Source: the human T2T-CHM13v2.0 reference genome, Homo sapiens. Taken from it: 64,000 nt of DNA. The notes beneath the pieces were generated by a model. The model had not been told where the DNA came from, searched no databases, and saw only the letters and a list, made by a program, of their open reading frames with translations. Location: NCBI RefSeq assembly GCF_009914755.1, contig NC_060937.1. The stretch is one strand, 5' to 3'. This document shows, one piece after another, positions 1 through 22,957 of the stretch; position 1 is the first letter of the stretch, and each line of letters opens with the position of its first letter. A program made the translations under genes and the position numbers.

Positions 1-354
1 GTATTTTGGGCATAAGTTTCTGTATTTGTTAAATTGTCTTTTTAGGAAAGACCCCAAGAAATGGAATAACTTAGTTTAAGACTATGGATGCATTGAATAA
101 CTTTTGCCAAGTTGTTTTAAAATTTAAATCACAATTAAAATAAGTGAGAGTGCCCATTTCATACCTTGCACTATCCAGTGTTACTTTTGTAGATCAATAA
201 TTAATTGGTTTGAGGGAAATAGTATGTTTTTGTTTTTATTTACTTTTTTTACTACCTGTGAAGATGAACATTTGTCCATAAGTTTCAGCTATTTTTCAGT
301 CATCTGCATAAAAGACATGTCCCTGACACAAACTGTATTTGCAGAACTGAAATA

Positions 355-1494
<1,140 letters not shown>

Positions 1495-1644
1495 TTAATC
1501 TAATTCATAATATTTACTAATAGATCTAGGAAGATAGAGCATTTGATTATCTCAATAAATGCTGAAAAAACTTTGATACAATTCAACACCCATTCATAAA
1601 ACTTCTTGAGAAAACAGAAAAGGAATAATGTTTCCTTAACCTGC

Positions 1645-2770
1645 TACATTAACCATTCCTTTCTATTTGCTTTCTTTTCTTTTTTTTATTTTTATTTTCT
1701 TTTTTATTTTATTATTATTATACTTTAAGTTTTAGGGTACATGTGCACAACGTGCAGGTTTGTTACATATGTATACATGTGCCATGTATACATAATGCAC
1801 CCATTAACTCGTCATTTAGCATTAGGTATATCTCCTAATGCTATCCCTCCCCGCTCCCCACACCCCACAACAGTCCCCAGTGTGTGATGTTCCCCTTCCT
1901 GTGTCCATGTGTTCTCATTGTTCAATTCCCACCTATGAGTGAGAACATGCGGTGTTTGGTTTTTTGTCCTTGCGATAGTTTGCTGAGAATGATGGTTTCC
2001 AGCTTCATCCATGTCCCTACAAAGGACATGAACTCATCATTTTTATTTGCTTTATTTTCATGCTTTGACATCTGGAGCTTTGCTGACCCTGGAGGCACTA
2101 CCCATTCCACGGTGAGCTAATTCTTAGACATAGCTAACAATTCACCTGCAAGACCTCCTCCTTTATCAGGCTTTCACATTCTGGGCCACCATCCACCTGC
2201 CCTAATCACCCCAGGGCCAAGTACCAGACAATTAGGGGCAGCCCTTATGCCTCAGGGTACAATTATTCAAACCAGCCAATCCTGAGCCTCAGCCTGTTTG
2301 CCCTGCCTTGTCCATTCCTTCTCATAGAAACCACAATAAAGGTTCCAGCCCACAGTTCCTCCTCCCCTGCTGCCTCCTGTCTGGGCTTGGTGTTTTCCCG
2401 TGTGGTATAGTGTACCCCATCCTTTTGCAATCTATGGATATAATTTTTTTCTTTTCTTTTCTTATTATTTATTTATTTATTTTAAAAGACAGGGTCTCCC
2501 AGGCTGGAATGGAGTGGTGAACTCAATCGATCCTCCCCCCTCAGCTTCCTGAGTAGCTAGGACCACAGGCACACCTAGCTAATTTTTTTTTTTTTAAAGC
2601 ACCATAGTCTAACTATTTTGCCCAAACTGGTCTTGACTTCCTCACCTCAAGTAATCCTCCCACCTCTGCCTCCCAAATCTCTGGGATTACAGGTGTGAGC
2701 CACTGTGTCTGGTCCACACTGTCTTTTTAATGGCAGTCTTCTCCTGATCTATTGACCTTGCCATAGTAAA
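1645..2770 (+). mobile_element. ERVL LTR (MER74-like), interrupted by L1PA and an AluJ
   Basis: gctttgacatctggagctttgctgaccctgg...agccaatcctgagcc...ccacaataaagg resembles MER74. Confidence 0.55.
1675..2043 (-). mobile_element. 5'-truncated L1PA 3' end (young primate L1)
   Basis: Antisense L1 3'UTR (ttatactttaagttttagggtacatgtgcac...); minus ORF 1922-2110 carries the ORF2 C-terminus ...LETIILSKLSQGQKTKHRMFSLIGGN; flanking TSD tatttgcttt. Confidence 0.92.
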
Positions 2771-2829
2771 AAACAATTAAAACCACATTTGAAAACGCGT
2801 GTCAAAATACACAAAATTCAATCCTAAAG

Positions 2830-7550
<4,721 letters not shown>

Positions 7551-10500
7551 AAAAGTGTATGTATGTGTGTCTTCAGCACGCAGCACATAACAGGCACTCA
7601 ATAAGTGCTTGCTGGGTGAAGGAAAGAAGGAATTAAATAACTAATGAGCAAGTTACTGTGGCATTAGCACAATCAGTATCTTGATGACCTACTCCAGTTC
7701 TCTACTTTCTAGGTCACCCTTATCCATCCTCAGTTCCAAGTTATTTCTTTAGATCATTGGGAAGTGAAATGCTCCCCTTTGGCTCCCTGTGGCCACCTGA
7801 ACCTACACTTGGCAGCTTCCCTATTTTCTCCTCACATTACCCTTTTCCTGGGCATACCTCCTGCCCTTGCATTCACCATCTCGACCCTTCATGCTTCCCG
7901 AATCCGCAGTTGTCATGCAAGTTTACTACTTCTTAATCATTAATCCTCTCCGTCAAAGAGTGTGCTCCAAGAAAAGCAGCTGATGCCCCCATTTCATACC
8001 ACGCCTCCCTCTGGAAGGACATATTTACATTTTCAGGGCACGTTGTTGTAGTAAAATTAGTAGTACAAATATCATCATAACTGAATCCTTTTTTTTACAT
8101 TCTTATCCCTGATCTGGATACAACTAAGTTTCTCTCAGTGTACAAATTTTTCTAAACAAGGAAATTTTACCTAAAAGTGAGAACAAGTTAATTTTTCTAT
8201 TTGCAAATAAGTAAAAAGAGTTTTTGATGGTTGCCTTTAAAGGCTTTGTTATTATCTTTAGGTTTTATGCATCAACGCTATCCACCAATGAATAATGCAT
8301 ATGTCGAAGAACTTTAAATTCTCTTCCAAAGTTTGACTACTGTGTTCCAAAAACAGCCAACTGAACCTCCAGATGCAGTGATAGGATAATTTATTTATTT
8401 AGTAAAATGTATCCAGTAAAAATTTACTAAGCATTCTCCTAAACATTGTTCTCAGGGCTGTCTGATAAAGCATAGTTCCTAGCTTCCAGGAATATCACAG
8501 TGCAGGAGGCTAGTGAACTATACTAGTTGGTCCTCTAATCCTTCCAGCAAGCCTGCCCTTCCCATGTTCATCTGGGGATTGGCACAGGACACAGACTTGG
8601 AAAATCAGACCCTTCCATCTCACTGGCCCCTAAATAATACAGGAATGGTACACCACCAAAGCCAGGCAATCAGCATTCTCCCCAGGGACTTTTCTGCTAG
8701 AGGTAGACAGGATGTTTCTCTTGCACTTGAGGCACAAGCTGTAAAGATGGCACTGGGCAAAGTAAGGCCCACTTTCCCTCCATAGAGGAAACAAGTTAGC
8801 ATTAGGTAGCAATTAAGCCAACTCACAAAAGGGAGCAAAAGTTAGATGTAAAGGCTGCATGCCCTGATAACCTGGTCTGAGGCTTTGGATCCAGTTGTAC
8901 CTGACGTTTCCTCCATGTTCCAGGTTCTCTGAGCCCACACCTTCCCCTCTGCTAATTTGCATTGAGATCCTGTCTCTTGCAGCAGAGAGGGTCCTGACTG
9001 ACAGAGGGAGCTAATGGTCATGAGTTGCACTGTGAGTAGCAAGAAGAATAAAACAGGCTTTTACAAGAATTAAGAGTTAAGAGAGTTCTCCTTTATTAAG
9101 GAAGACAGGAAAAAGTGGCATTTGAGCTGTTTTAAAAGAATGAGATAAATCTGGATAACCAGAAACGGGCAAGAGAAGATTCCTGGTGGAAGGAACAAAG
9201 GGGAGGTGGTCAGCAGTGTCCACGCTGGCCAGAGTGTGTTCACAGGAACAGACTGGGAGCTAAGACTAAAAAGGCGAGTTCGAGGTAGTCAGTGGAAGAC
9301 TTTAAATTCTGACAGAATATTCAAGTAGTAGTGTCCCGGTGGATATGGAAAATGTTATATGGCATCTCAGGAGAGCAGTTAGAGCGGGGGACATTGGTTG
9401 GGAGTTATCAGCAGAAAAAATATAATTCAAGCCTTCAGGCAACTGGCTGCTCATAATAATTAATGGTAGCTAACATATATTGACCGCTTATTCAAGTTAA
9501 GCATTATGCTAAAGTATGGTAATTGCATAATTGTATTTAATCCTAAAATAAATTCTATGAGGTAGGCACAATTATTTTTACCCCATTTTGCAGTTAAAGA
9601 AAACAAGGCTTACAAAGTTAAATGACCAGTTAGAAAACCCAAAACTAGTTAGTGGCAGAGCCTGGATTTAAACTTAGGTCTGTCTTCACTCCAGAGCACA
9701 AGCTCTTAACCACCATGCTATACTGTAGTCCACAGTAGAAGAATGTAGGAAAAGAAAAAGGACAGATAGGGAGTTTTGGGAAACATCTAGTGGAAGCAAG
9801 ACTTTGTCTACCTCTGAGTCAGATGGGAACCTGGATTCATAGACACCATTTGAAGGTAGAAGAGCCAGGCAAGGATTTATTTGACATTATCTCCATGTTT
9901 TGTGGTACACATCTTCACTTCTACTTCTCTTCCAATAACAATTATTCCTAAAATTTACTCACCTGGTTTCAGGTGTTTTTTTTTTTCATAATGTCTCCAG
10001 CTATCTTTTAAACTAAATATTAAAGATGCCAGAGTTTCTGTCAGCCTGGGTCCCTAAATGACGATATGGAACAGACCCTTCTCTCTGCCATAGGCAATGA
10101 GAATTAAGAGTTATCTACTACAGTAACTAATGTTATCTTAATGAACACTTAAAGACATTTAGTTACATCATAAAACCTACTCTCTAGAAATTTTTCAAAA
10201 ATTATTTGCAAATATAAAAATTATATGGACACGTTAAATGACAGATTTGCCACTATAGAGATTTTTTAAATTGCGGTATTGAAAACCAAGCAGAAGAAAT
10301 AATTTCAAAACCTAGAACAAAAATACAAAGAGAAGAAATATGTAAATGAAAAAAGATACATAAAGACAGATCCTGGAGACCCAATAAGCAAGTAATATGA
10401 ATGCTAGAAGGGAAAAAAGTAACTGATAGAAGGAGTAATAACAAGATGATCAAGGAAATGTTTGCTTGTTTGTGGCCTTTACTTATGCAGTATAGGAGAG

Positions 10501-11185
10501 GTAATAAAAAGACACATACCTAGGCATATCATGGTAAAATCTAAAAATTCTAAGGTTAAAAATAGATTTTGCATGCTTCTAGACCAAAAACCCAAGATCC
10601 AGAAAAAAAAATCACTGGACTTCTCATATGCAGCACCAGAAATCAATGGACTGATGGAATAATGGTTACAAATTACTAAGAGAAAAGGGCTCAAGGATCT
10701 ACAACATGTCAAGATAATATCCACTTCTTCAGGTAAAAGAAAGATATTTTCTAGGACGCAAGGATTCAGTGATCATCATCCACATAACCCACCTAAGGAA
10801 AAGTTTCCAGAAAGTACTCTTAAAAAGAAGGAGAGGAGTTGGGGCAAGGAGAAGGAAAAGAAATTTTGTAAAGGAAGGAAACAGAAAAGAAGTCAGTGGT
10901 AGGTGAAGAACTTTGCAATATGTATGGGTAATCTAAATCAATGATGATAGACTGGCTGGGAATACATACTATGAACACTAAGGATCCTTTAAGTATGAGA
11001 AATACTGCCAGAGAGAATCTAATAATAGTCTGGAACTAGAAGTACTATTCATCTTAGCAAATCTAGGCATTGGAAATTGGATGGGCATAATATAAAGGAG
11101 CAAGGACATTAAATGTCCTTCTTGTGGAAGATGAGAACACTGGGGAAACAGAGCATTTGAAGAAATAATAGTGGCTGGCACATCA

Positions 11186-11605
<420 letters not shown>

Positions 11606-12686
11606 TTAATAACAATAATAATAATAACTGGATCAATCAGCAAAAATTAAAAAAACAAAAAGTAAAATAAGAAAGTGAAAAAGTAAAGTAGAAGGTAGGG
11701 AGTGAAAGACAAGGAGGGTCAGTTGAGAAAGAAGAAAAGAAAGACTCAGTTACATCTTATTTATAAGAAATATACTTTATACGAAGTTGGAAGGATGGCT
11801 GAAAATTGAAGGATGAACAAAAACATAGACAAAGGTAAACTTTTTAAGAGGCAAAGGAGTAAAAAATGCCGATGAAAGAAATCAAAGAAGGCCTACGTAA
11901 ATAGAGACAGAGACACATTGTGTCCATGGATTAGAAGACTCAACATAACAAAGATGTCAGTTCTCCCCGTATCAGTCTATAGATTTAACACATTTATTAT
12001 CAATATGCCATTACATATTTTTGTAGGAATGGACAAGCTTATTCTAAAATTTATGTGGAAATGAAAAAGAACTAAAATAGCTAAAACAATTTTGAAAATA
12101 AAGAATTAAGGGAGAGGAATCACTCTACTTGATTTTTAAGACCTACTCTATTGCTGCATGAACCAAGAGTGTGTGTTATTGGTAGAAAAAGACACAAAGA
12201 TCAATGGGATAGGATAAAGAACCCAGAAATAGGTCCACACAAAGATGCCCCAATGATTTTTTTTTGCAAAGGTGCAAAAATAATTAAATGGAAAAAGGAC
12301 AGTCTTTCAACAAATGGCACTGAAGCAATTAGACATCCATAAGGAAAAAAATGAAACTTTACCAAAATCTCACACCTTATACAGAAACAACTCAAAATGC
12401 ATTGTAGATTTAAATGTAAAACTACAAAATTTTTAAAACAAAATGTTAGAGAAAATCGTTGGAACTAAGGGCTTGACAAAGAGTTCTCAGACTTCATACC
12501 AAAAGCCATGATCCACAATAGAAAAAAACCTGATAAATTCAACCTAATCAGAGTGTAAAACTTTTGCTCTGTGAAAGATCCTATTAAAAAGATGAAAAGA
12601 GCTGGGCACAGTGGCTTGTGCCTGTAATCTCAGTTACTCAGGAGGCTGAAGTGGGAGGATTGTTTGAGCTCAGGGGTTCAAGATCA

Positions 12687-12854
<168 letters not shown>

Positions 12855-13099
12855 TTAAAAAAATAAATTAGTTAGGCATGGTGGTACATGCCTGTGGTCT
12901 TAGCTACTCAGGAGGCTGAGGCGAGAGGAACCCATTATCCCAGGAGTTAGAGGCTATGGTGAGCCATGATCATGCCATTACACTCCAGCCTGGGTAACAG
13001 AGCTATTTTCTGAAAGAAAAATAAATATATATTTATTTTAAAAGAAAAAATATATTTCTTTAAAAAATAAAATATATTCCATTAAAAATATATATATAT

Positions 13100-13447
13100 T
13101 GTATTAGTCCGTTTTCACTCTGCTGTAAAGACATACCTGAGACTGGGTAATTTATAAAGAAAAGAGGTTTAATTGACTCACAGTTCTGCATGGATGGGAG
13201 GCCTCAGGAAACTTACAATCAGGGTGGAAGGGAAGCAGGTATGCCTTACACATCAGCAGGCAAGAGAGAGGAAGCAAGGGCAGGGCAAACTGCCTTATAA
13301 AACCACCAGATCTCGTGAGAACTCACTCACTATCATGAGAACAGTGTAGGGGGAACGAGCCCCATGATCCAATCACCTCTCTCACTCAACACGTGGGGAT
13401 TACAATTAGAGATGAGATTTAGGTGGAGACAAAGAGCCAAACTCTAT

Positions 13448-13449
<2 letters not shown>
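13100..13449 (-). mobile_element. MaLR solo LTR (MSTA/THE1D-like)
   Basis: tgtattagtccgttttcac...gagactgggtaatttataaagaaaagaggtttaattgactcacagtt...gagccaaactctatc. Confidence 0.85.
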
Positions 13450-13450
<1 letters not shown>

Positions 13451-13497
<47 letters not shown>

Positions 13498-13504
13498 TGT
13501 GTGT
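13451..13504. repeat. (TG)n microsatellite
   Basis: About 22 perfect GT units followed by an interrupted tail. Confidence 0.97.
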
Positions 13505-15838
13505 ACATACACATATTTTAAAGAGGATGAAAAGACATGTCACATGGGAGAAAATATTTGTAAACCACGTATGCAATAGAAGACTTGAATCTAGAATATG
13601 TAAAGAACTCACGAAACTTGACAGTTTTCTTAAAAATCCAATTAGAAAACCGGTAGTAGGCAAAACCATAAACAGACATTTCACCAAAAAGGAGATATGC
13701 ATGGCAAAAGCAAATGAAAATATATTTTTAGGGGCCGGCGCGGTGGCTCACACCTGCAGCCCTAGCACTTTGGTAAGTCTAGGGGGCCAGATCACTTGAA
13801 GCCAGGACTTCGAGATCAGCCTGGCCAATATGGTGAAGCCCCATCTCTACTAAAAATACAAAAATTAGCTGGGCATGGTGGAGCATGCCCGTAGTCCCTA
13901 GCTACTTGCAAGGCTGAGGCACAAGAATCATTTGAACCTGGGAGGCAGAGGCGGCAGTGAGCCGAGATTGCGCCACTGCTCTCTAGCCTGGGTGTCAGAG
14001 CAAGACTCTGTCTAGAAAAAAAAAAAAAAAAAAAAGAACAGAAAGAAAAAAATACGTTTTTTAGCATCAGCCATAAGGAAAATGCAAAACCACAATGAGA
14101 CATGACTAACTACACACTTATTAAAATAGCTAGCAAGGATACAGAAAAACTGGATCTTTCATATATTGCTGGTGGGGATGTAAAATTGTACAGGCACTCT
14201 GGAAGATAGTTCGGAAATTTCTTATAAAATTAAATATATAATTACCACATGGCTCACCAACTGCATTCTTGGGCAATTATCCCAGAAAATAATGGCATCA
14301 TATGCTCACACAAAAACCTGTACCGGAGTGTTTATTACAGCTTTTTTCATAATAGCGAAAAGCTAGAAACAACACAAATGTCCTTCAATGAATGAATGGC
14401 TAAGGAAACTCTGATACAGCTATACAATGCAATACCTACCCATCAACAAAAAGTTGCTGCTACCTGCAACAACTTAGATAAACCACAAGAGCATTACACT
14501 TACTAAAGAAAGTCAGTCTCTAAAGGTTACATGCTGTGTGACTTCAGTTTACATTCTCAAAATGGCAAAAGTATAAAGATGAGAACAAATTAGTGGCTGC
14601 CAGGGACAGAGATATGGGTGAGATTGTGAAAGGATAGCAGAAATTCATAGTAGTAAAAACATAGAATCAACCCAGGTGCCCATCAATGGTGGATTAGATA
14701 AAGAAAATGTGACATATACACTGTTGAATATTATGCAGTCATAAAAAAGAACAAAATCATGTCCTTTGCAGCAACATGGATGCAACTGGAGGCCATTAGC
14801 CTAAGTAAACTGGGGTAACAGAAGCAGAAAACCAAATACTGCATGTTCTCACTTATAAGTGGAAGGGGCAGGATGCGGTGGCTCATGCCTGTAATCCCAG
14901 CATTTTGGGAGGCCGAGGTGGGCAGATCATTTAAGTCCAGTAGTTCAAGACTAGCCTGGGCAACATGGGGGGACCCCCGTCTCTACGAAAAATACAAAAA
15001 ATAAGCCAGGCATGGTGGCCTACACATGTAGTTCTAGCTACTTGGGAGGCTAAGGTGGGAAGATCGCTTGAGCCTGGGAGGTCGAGGTTGTAGTGAGCCA
15101 GGATCACAACACTGCACTCCAGCCTGGACGACAGAACGAGACCTTGTCTCAAAAAAACAAAAAAAGGTGGGCACTAACATGGGGTACATATAGGCATAAA
15201 GATGGGAACAATACACACTGGACTCCAAAATGGGGTAGGGATGAAAGAGAGGGAAGACTGGAAAACTATCAGCTACTATGTTCACTATCTGGGTGATGGG
15301 TCAGTCATACCCCAAACCTCACCATCATACAATATACCTTTGTAACAAACCTGCATATGTACCCCCTATTCTAAAATGAAAGTCAAAAAAGAAAACACAA
15401 AGTATAGCAGAAGAGAGTTCCTTTGTAGTGATGGAACAGTTCTGCATCTTGATTGTGGTGGTGATTAAATGAATTTGCATGTGGGTTACATTGCATAGTA
15501 CTACCCATGCACACAAATGCAAGTAAATACTGGCAAAATCTGAATAACATCTGTAGTTAAGTTAGCAGTAAAGTGGTACCAATGTCACTTTCCTGGTTTT
15601 GATATTGTACTACAGTTACATAAGATTTCATCTTTGGGGTACGGAAGGTGAATGAAGCGTTCATAAGATTCGATGTGTTACTTTTGCAACTTCCTGTGAG
15701 TCTATGCTTTTTAAAAAAGCCAAAAGTAGCAATATCAATATCAGGTAAAATGGAATTGGAGTTTTAAACCATTAAATACATCAAAGAAGGAATATTTAAT
15801 GATAAAAAAATATAAAAACAGAAAGCTATATGCAACTA

Positions 15839-16354
<516 letters not shown>

Positions 16355-17169
16355 CTATATGAAGAAAAAAACAGTAATGCAAGAGGTATATAATTTTGTA
16401 AACTAGATTTATACTAAAATTTTAATGTCTGTTTTTAGAACTTGAAAGCTTTAGTAACATCCCCCCCCCCACCAAAAAGTAAAAACATAGCAGTAAATAA
16501 TAAAATTATGGTGGACATTTATCATCTTTTATAGAAATCTAGTATCCGAATTCCTCTACTATGATGGAAATATCTGTTCTCCTAGTTCTGGTGGAAGGCA
16601 AAGCTGACAATACCACGTTTTTATTTTCCACCCTCCTTTGCAGCTGGAGCACGAGTTTGTGCTCTGATTTCATCCATCAAATACACTCACTGAAGATTTT
16701 GAATTAGAGACTACTGCCTAGTGGGAATGAGAGGAAAATCTTTCTCGTATCAGTGAGGCAGCAACAAGATCAAAGTTCCCCAAACTATTGTGTGAGAGGT
16801 GGTAATGTTAGCGCTCTGGTCCCATGACAATGGCTTCAGGGGTACAAAGAGCAACACCTAGTATTTACAGGGCCAACATTTTTCTCACCAGACCAAGAGA
16901 TTTGGGCTACTTTTTCCTTGCTAGATGGATGACCTTTGAACCAAACATCTTAGCTCTTCTTGAGGTTTTCTTAAGCCCCCATAGATCAACTAAATAAAAT
17001 TTATTTTTATTTCTATTTAAATCAGCTAGAGTTTGTTACTATTTCTAACAATAAGAACCCTGACATAACAAACAAGTGTTAAAATATAAAGGGAGACCTA
17101 AGTAGTTTTCTGAATTAAGAATTCTTTTCCTTCATTCAAATAAATGTACACCAAAATTGAGCATATATT

Positions 17170-20100
17170 TCTACAATTGAATTCTTTTTTTTTTATCATC
17201 ATCACTATCTATTCTCAAAACTTTATTACCCCAAACAGAAATTCTGTAACCATTAAGCAATAACTTCCCGTCTCCAGTCTCCCCCTTGTAACCTCTAATT
17301 TACATTCTGTGTCTCTATGAATTTGCCTATTCTAAGTACCACATATAAATTGAATCATACAATATTTGTCCTTTTGTGTCTGGTTTATTTGATTTAGCAT
17401 AAAGTCTTCAAGGTTCATCCATGTTATAGCACGTGTTAGAATTACATTCACTTTTGTAGCTGAATAATATTCCATTGCATGCACACAGCACATTTTGTTT
17501 ATCCACTTATCTGTTGGTGGATATTTTGGTTATTTTCACCTTTTGGCTATTGTGAATAATGGTACAATGAACATTGGCGTACAAGTATCTGTTCAAGTTC
17601 CCACTTTCAATTCCTTTGGGTGTATACCTATAAGTGGAATTGCTGGATCATATGTTAACTCCACGTTTTGCTTTTTAAAAAACCACCAAACTGTTTTCCA
17701 TAAAGGCTGCACCACTTTACATCCTCACCCTTAACGCAAAAATTTTCTAATTTTTTCACATCTTCGCCAACATTTGTTATTTTCCATTTACCATGTATAT
17801 ATAATAGTCATCTTACTGGGTGTGAAGTGGTATCTCAATATGGTTTGGACCCTTATTTCCCTATGACTAACGATGCTGAACATCTTTTCATGTGTTTGTT
17901 AGTCATTTGTATATCTTTTTAAGAGAAATGTCTATTCAAGTCCTTTGCCCATTTTTGAAAGGAGTTGCACGGTTTTTTTGTTGTTGAGTTGCAGTTCTTC
18001 ACATATTATGAATATTAATTCCTTACTATACGCTTTAAAATATGTCCTCCCATTCTATTGGTTGACTTTTAACTCTCTTGATAGTGTCCTTTGATGCACA
18101 GAAGTTTTCAGTTTTGATGAAGTCACATTCATCTATTTTTTTCTTTTTTTTGCCTATTCTTTGTGTGTCATATTCAAGAAATCATTATCACATCTAATAT
18201 TATTAAGATTTCCCTTTATGTTTTCTTCTAAGAGTTTTACAATTTTAGCTCTTTAGTTTATTTAGTCTTTTGTTTGTGTCTTAGATTCTTTTTGAGTTAA
18301 TTTTTATATGATATAAGGTAAAAACCTAACTTCATTCTTTTGAACATGAATATCCAGTTTTCCCAGCACCGTTTGTTGAAAAGGCTGTCCTTTTCCCACT
18401 GAATAATCTTGGCACTCTCATCAAAAATCATTTACTGTATATTCAAGGGCTTATTTCTGGGTTCTCTATTCTATTTTATTGGTATATATATCTGTCTTTA
18501 TTCCAGTTCTACACTGTTTTGATAACTGTTGCTTTATAGTAAGTTTTTAAATGAGGAAGAATGAGTCCTCCAAATTTGTTCTTTTTCCAGATTAATTTGG
18601 CTATTTGGGTCCCTTGATATTCCATATGAATGTTAGGATGGCTTTTTATATTCCTGCAAAAATCTTCCTTGGGATTTTGACAGGGATTGTGTTGAATCTG
18701 TATATCGCTTTTATGTCATGTTGCTGTCTTAATAATAGTAAGTTTTCCAATCTATGAATATAGGATGTCTTTCAATTTATTTATGTTCTTTAATTTTTTT
18801 CAGCAATGTTTTGTAGTTTTCAGTTTACAAGTCTTTTGCCCCTTAAGTTTATTCCTAAATATTTTATTCTTTTCATGCTATTGTAAATAGAATTATTTTC
18901 TTAATTTCCTTTTTGGATTGTTCATTGTTAGTGCCTAGAAATGAAACTTCTTTCTTCGGTGTTGGTTTTGCATCCTGCAATGTTGCTGGATTCATTTATT
19001 AGCTCAGAAAGTGTTTTTGAGGAATGACATATAAGATCATGTCATCGACCTATCTATCTGAACAAAGGTAATCTTACTTGTTCCTTTTCAATGGATGGCT
19101 TTTCTTTCTTTTTCTTGACTAATTGTTCTGGCTAGAACTTCCAATATTATGTTGAATAGAAGTGGCAAAAGCAGGCATATTTGCCTCATTACTGATTTTA
19201 AGGGAAAAGCACTCAGTCTTTCACCATTGAGTATGATATTAGCTGTGAGGTTTTTTTTTTCAATATGGCCTTTATTATATTGAAGTTTCCTTCTATTCCT
19301 GGTTTTTATAGTGTGTTTATCATGAAAGTCTGTTGAATTTTTAAATACATTTTCCACGTTGATTGAGATTATCGTAGGATTTTTTTCTCTTTATTCTGTT
19401 ACTGCGGTGTTTTACACTGATTAATTTTCAGATTAATGAAATGAGCCATCCTTGCATTCCAAAAATTCCACATGGTATATAAGTATTTTAATATGTTGCT
19501 GAATTCAGTTTGCCCGTATTTTTTGAGGATTTTAACATCAACATTCATAAGAGTTATTCGTCCATAGATTTCTTTTCTTGTAGTGGATTTGCTGGCTTCA
19601 GTATCAGGGTCTTGCTGGCCTAACAGAATGAAATAGGAAGTGTCCCCTTCTCTTCAACTTTTTGGAAGAGTTTGAGAAGGATTTTTTTTTTTTAATATTT
19701 GGTAGAATCCACCAGCGAAGCTATCTGGTTCAGGACTTTTCTTTTTTTGGTAAATTTCTAATTATTGATTTAATCTCCTTACTAATTAGAGGTCTATCCA
19801 GACTTTCTTCCTAATTTAGCCTTGGTAGGTTGTGTTTTTCTAGGAATTTGTCCATTTCATTCAGGTTATCTAATTTCTTGGTATACAGTTGTTCTCCTAC
19901 AATCCTTTTTATTTCTGTAAAATCAGTAGTAATATCCTCATTTTCATTTCTGATTCCAGTAATTTTGACTATTCTCTCTTTCTTCTTGGTTGGTCTAGCT
20001 AAAGGTTTGTCAATTTTGTTGACTTTTTAAAGAGCCAACCCTTGGTTTTCTTGATTTTATCTGTTATTTTTCTGTTAATTGTTTTATTTATCTCTATCTT

Positions 20101-20890
20101 TATTAGTTCCTTCATTCTGCTAGCTTTAGGTTTACTTTGTTCTTTTTCTAATGTTACATTGCTTATTTGAGATCTTCCTTCTTTTTTAATGTAAATATTT
20201 ACAGCTATAGATTTCCCTTTAGCAGTGCTTTCACTTTATCCTATAAATTTTTGCTATGTTGTGTTTTCATTTTTCATTCATCTCTAAGTGTTTTCTAGTT
20301 TCCCTTGTGATTTCTTCTTTAATTCATTGACGTTTAAGAGTATGTTGCTTTATTTCCACAGGTTTGTGAATTTTTCTGTTTTTCTACTGTTATTGATTCC
20401 TGACTTCATCCTATTGTGGTCAGAGAAGATATTTTGCATGACATATGTCCTTTAAAATCTATTGAGATTCAATTTGTAGCCTACCCTATGGTCTGTTCTA
20501 GAGAGTGTTCAATGTGCACTTGGGAAGAATTTATATTCTGTTGTTGATTGAGTGTCCTGTATATCTGCTAAATCTACTTGGTTTATTGTGCTATTCAAGT
20601 CTGCTATTTTCTCACTTATCTTCTGCCTAATTGTCCTATTCACTACTGAGAGTATGGCATGGAAGTCTCCATTATTGTAGAACTGTCTATTTCTCCCTCC
20701 AAGTCTGTTAATTTTTGCTCCATATATTTTGATGGTCTGTTATTAGGTACATAAATTTTTATAATTGTTATACCTTCCTGCTGTATGGAAACTTTTATGT
20801 CTTCATTTTCTCTTATAACTTTTTGACTTACAGTCTATTTTGCCTGATTTTGATATAGACTCCCTTATTCTCTTTTGGTTACTCTTTGCA
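17170..20890 (-). mobile_element. ~3.7-kb L1MB-like element (3'UTR and degenerate ORF2)
   Basis: Continuous antisense L1; minus ORF 19088-19357 has RT-region motif [39 protein letters not shown]. Confidence 0.88.
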
Positions 20891-21208
20891 CAGAATATTC
20901 TCCCCCCCCTTCCCGTGACACACAAGACTTATAATATTCATATACATGACACAATGAGAATATGCATCCCTTGAGAACATGCAGTGTTACGTGCAATTTA
21001 AGGCAAAAGAATTTTCTCATTGTTAAGGCACACTAAAAATCAAGAAAGTGAGAGTGACTTTATAAGAAAATTGAGACCCATCAATGTGTCTTTTTTTGAG
21101 ACAGGGTCTCACTCTGTCACCCACGCTGGAGTTCAGTGGTATGATCACAGCTTACTACAACCTCAAACTCCTGAACTCAAGTGATCCTCCGACATTAGCC
21201 TGCTGTAA

Positions 21209-21442
<234 letters not shown>

Positions 21443-21903
21443 TAGTTTCTCTGAGCAAATATAATGATGAGCCATGTCATACAGTGACCCTATTTTATTT
21501 CTAGATAGAAAAGAAAAGATTTATTCTTCTTTTCTTCTCTATTGTGCTAAGAATCAGCACAAAGAAATATCATTAACTTTGTATATGAATCTAATTCCCA
21601 CATTATAGCCAGAATTTAAAAATTTATCCACTCTCATTCACTTTCTTAAAGCACTTTGATTAGTAAATGGTTTCTAATACTGTTCAAAAATTCTAGAAAT
21701 AAATTTTTGAATAAACAAAAATGTATCAAGCATTTATTACATCCACAGCACCATAAAATAGAGAGGTACAAGAGCCAGTAACAGCAATCAAAATGGATTT
21801 TTAAAAAGATGCAATTTGCAATAGCAACAAACATCAATAAATCAACTGAGAATAAATTTAACTAAAGATGTACAACAAGGGACGATACAGCAGTGCAAAG
21901 TTA

Positions 21904-22092
<189 letters not shown>

Positions 22093-22544
22093 TCATCAAA
22101 AAAAAAAAAAAAAGAACCCAAATAAAAACTACAAGAGAGAGTCAACTCCAGGAAAAGAAGTATAACCATTTAGAGGGATTCAGCAATCCACTGAGACAAA
22201 GCAAGGAAAAATAAGTATCCTCTATTCAATCTCTCAATCTGATTGCCTTTTCAAATTTAAACTTTTAATTTCACAGTAGAATTTAAATTTGTTCAAATTC
22301 TTCTGGTTATGTTTCTCATTTGTCGTGTGTGTGTATGTGTGTGTGCGCTTGTGTATTTATGTCTGTGTAATTTTATCACATAGCTTTGTGTATCCAATAC
22401 CACAGTCAAGGTACAGAACAGTTCCAACACCACAAGGATTCATCTTGCTGCCTTTTTACAACCACATTCCCCTGCATCTCACCCCTCTCACCCTCCTAAA
22501 CCCTGGAAACCACTAATCTCATTTCTATAACTTTGTTATTTTAA

Positions 22545-22957
<413 letters not shown>

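Noticed and set aside
19088-19357. Reverse-transcriptase-like peptide
   Set aside because: Fragment of a dead L1MB ORF2 with stops and frameshifts around it.
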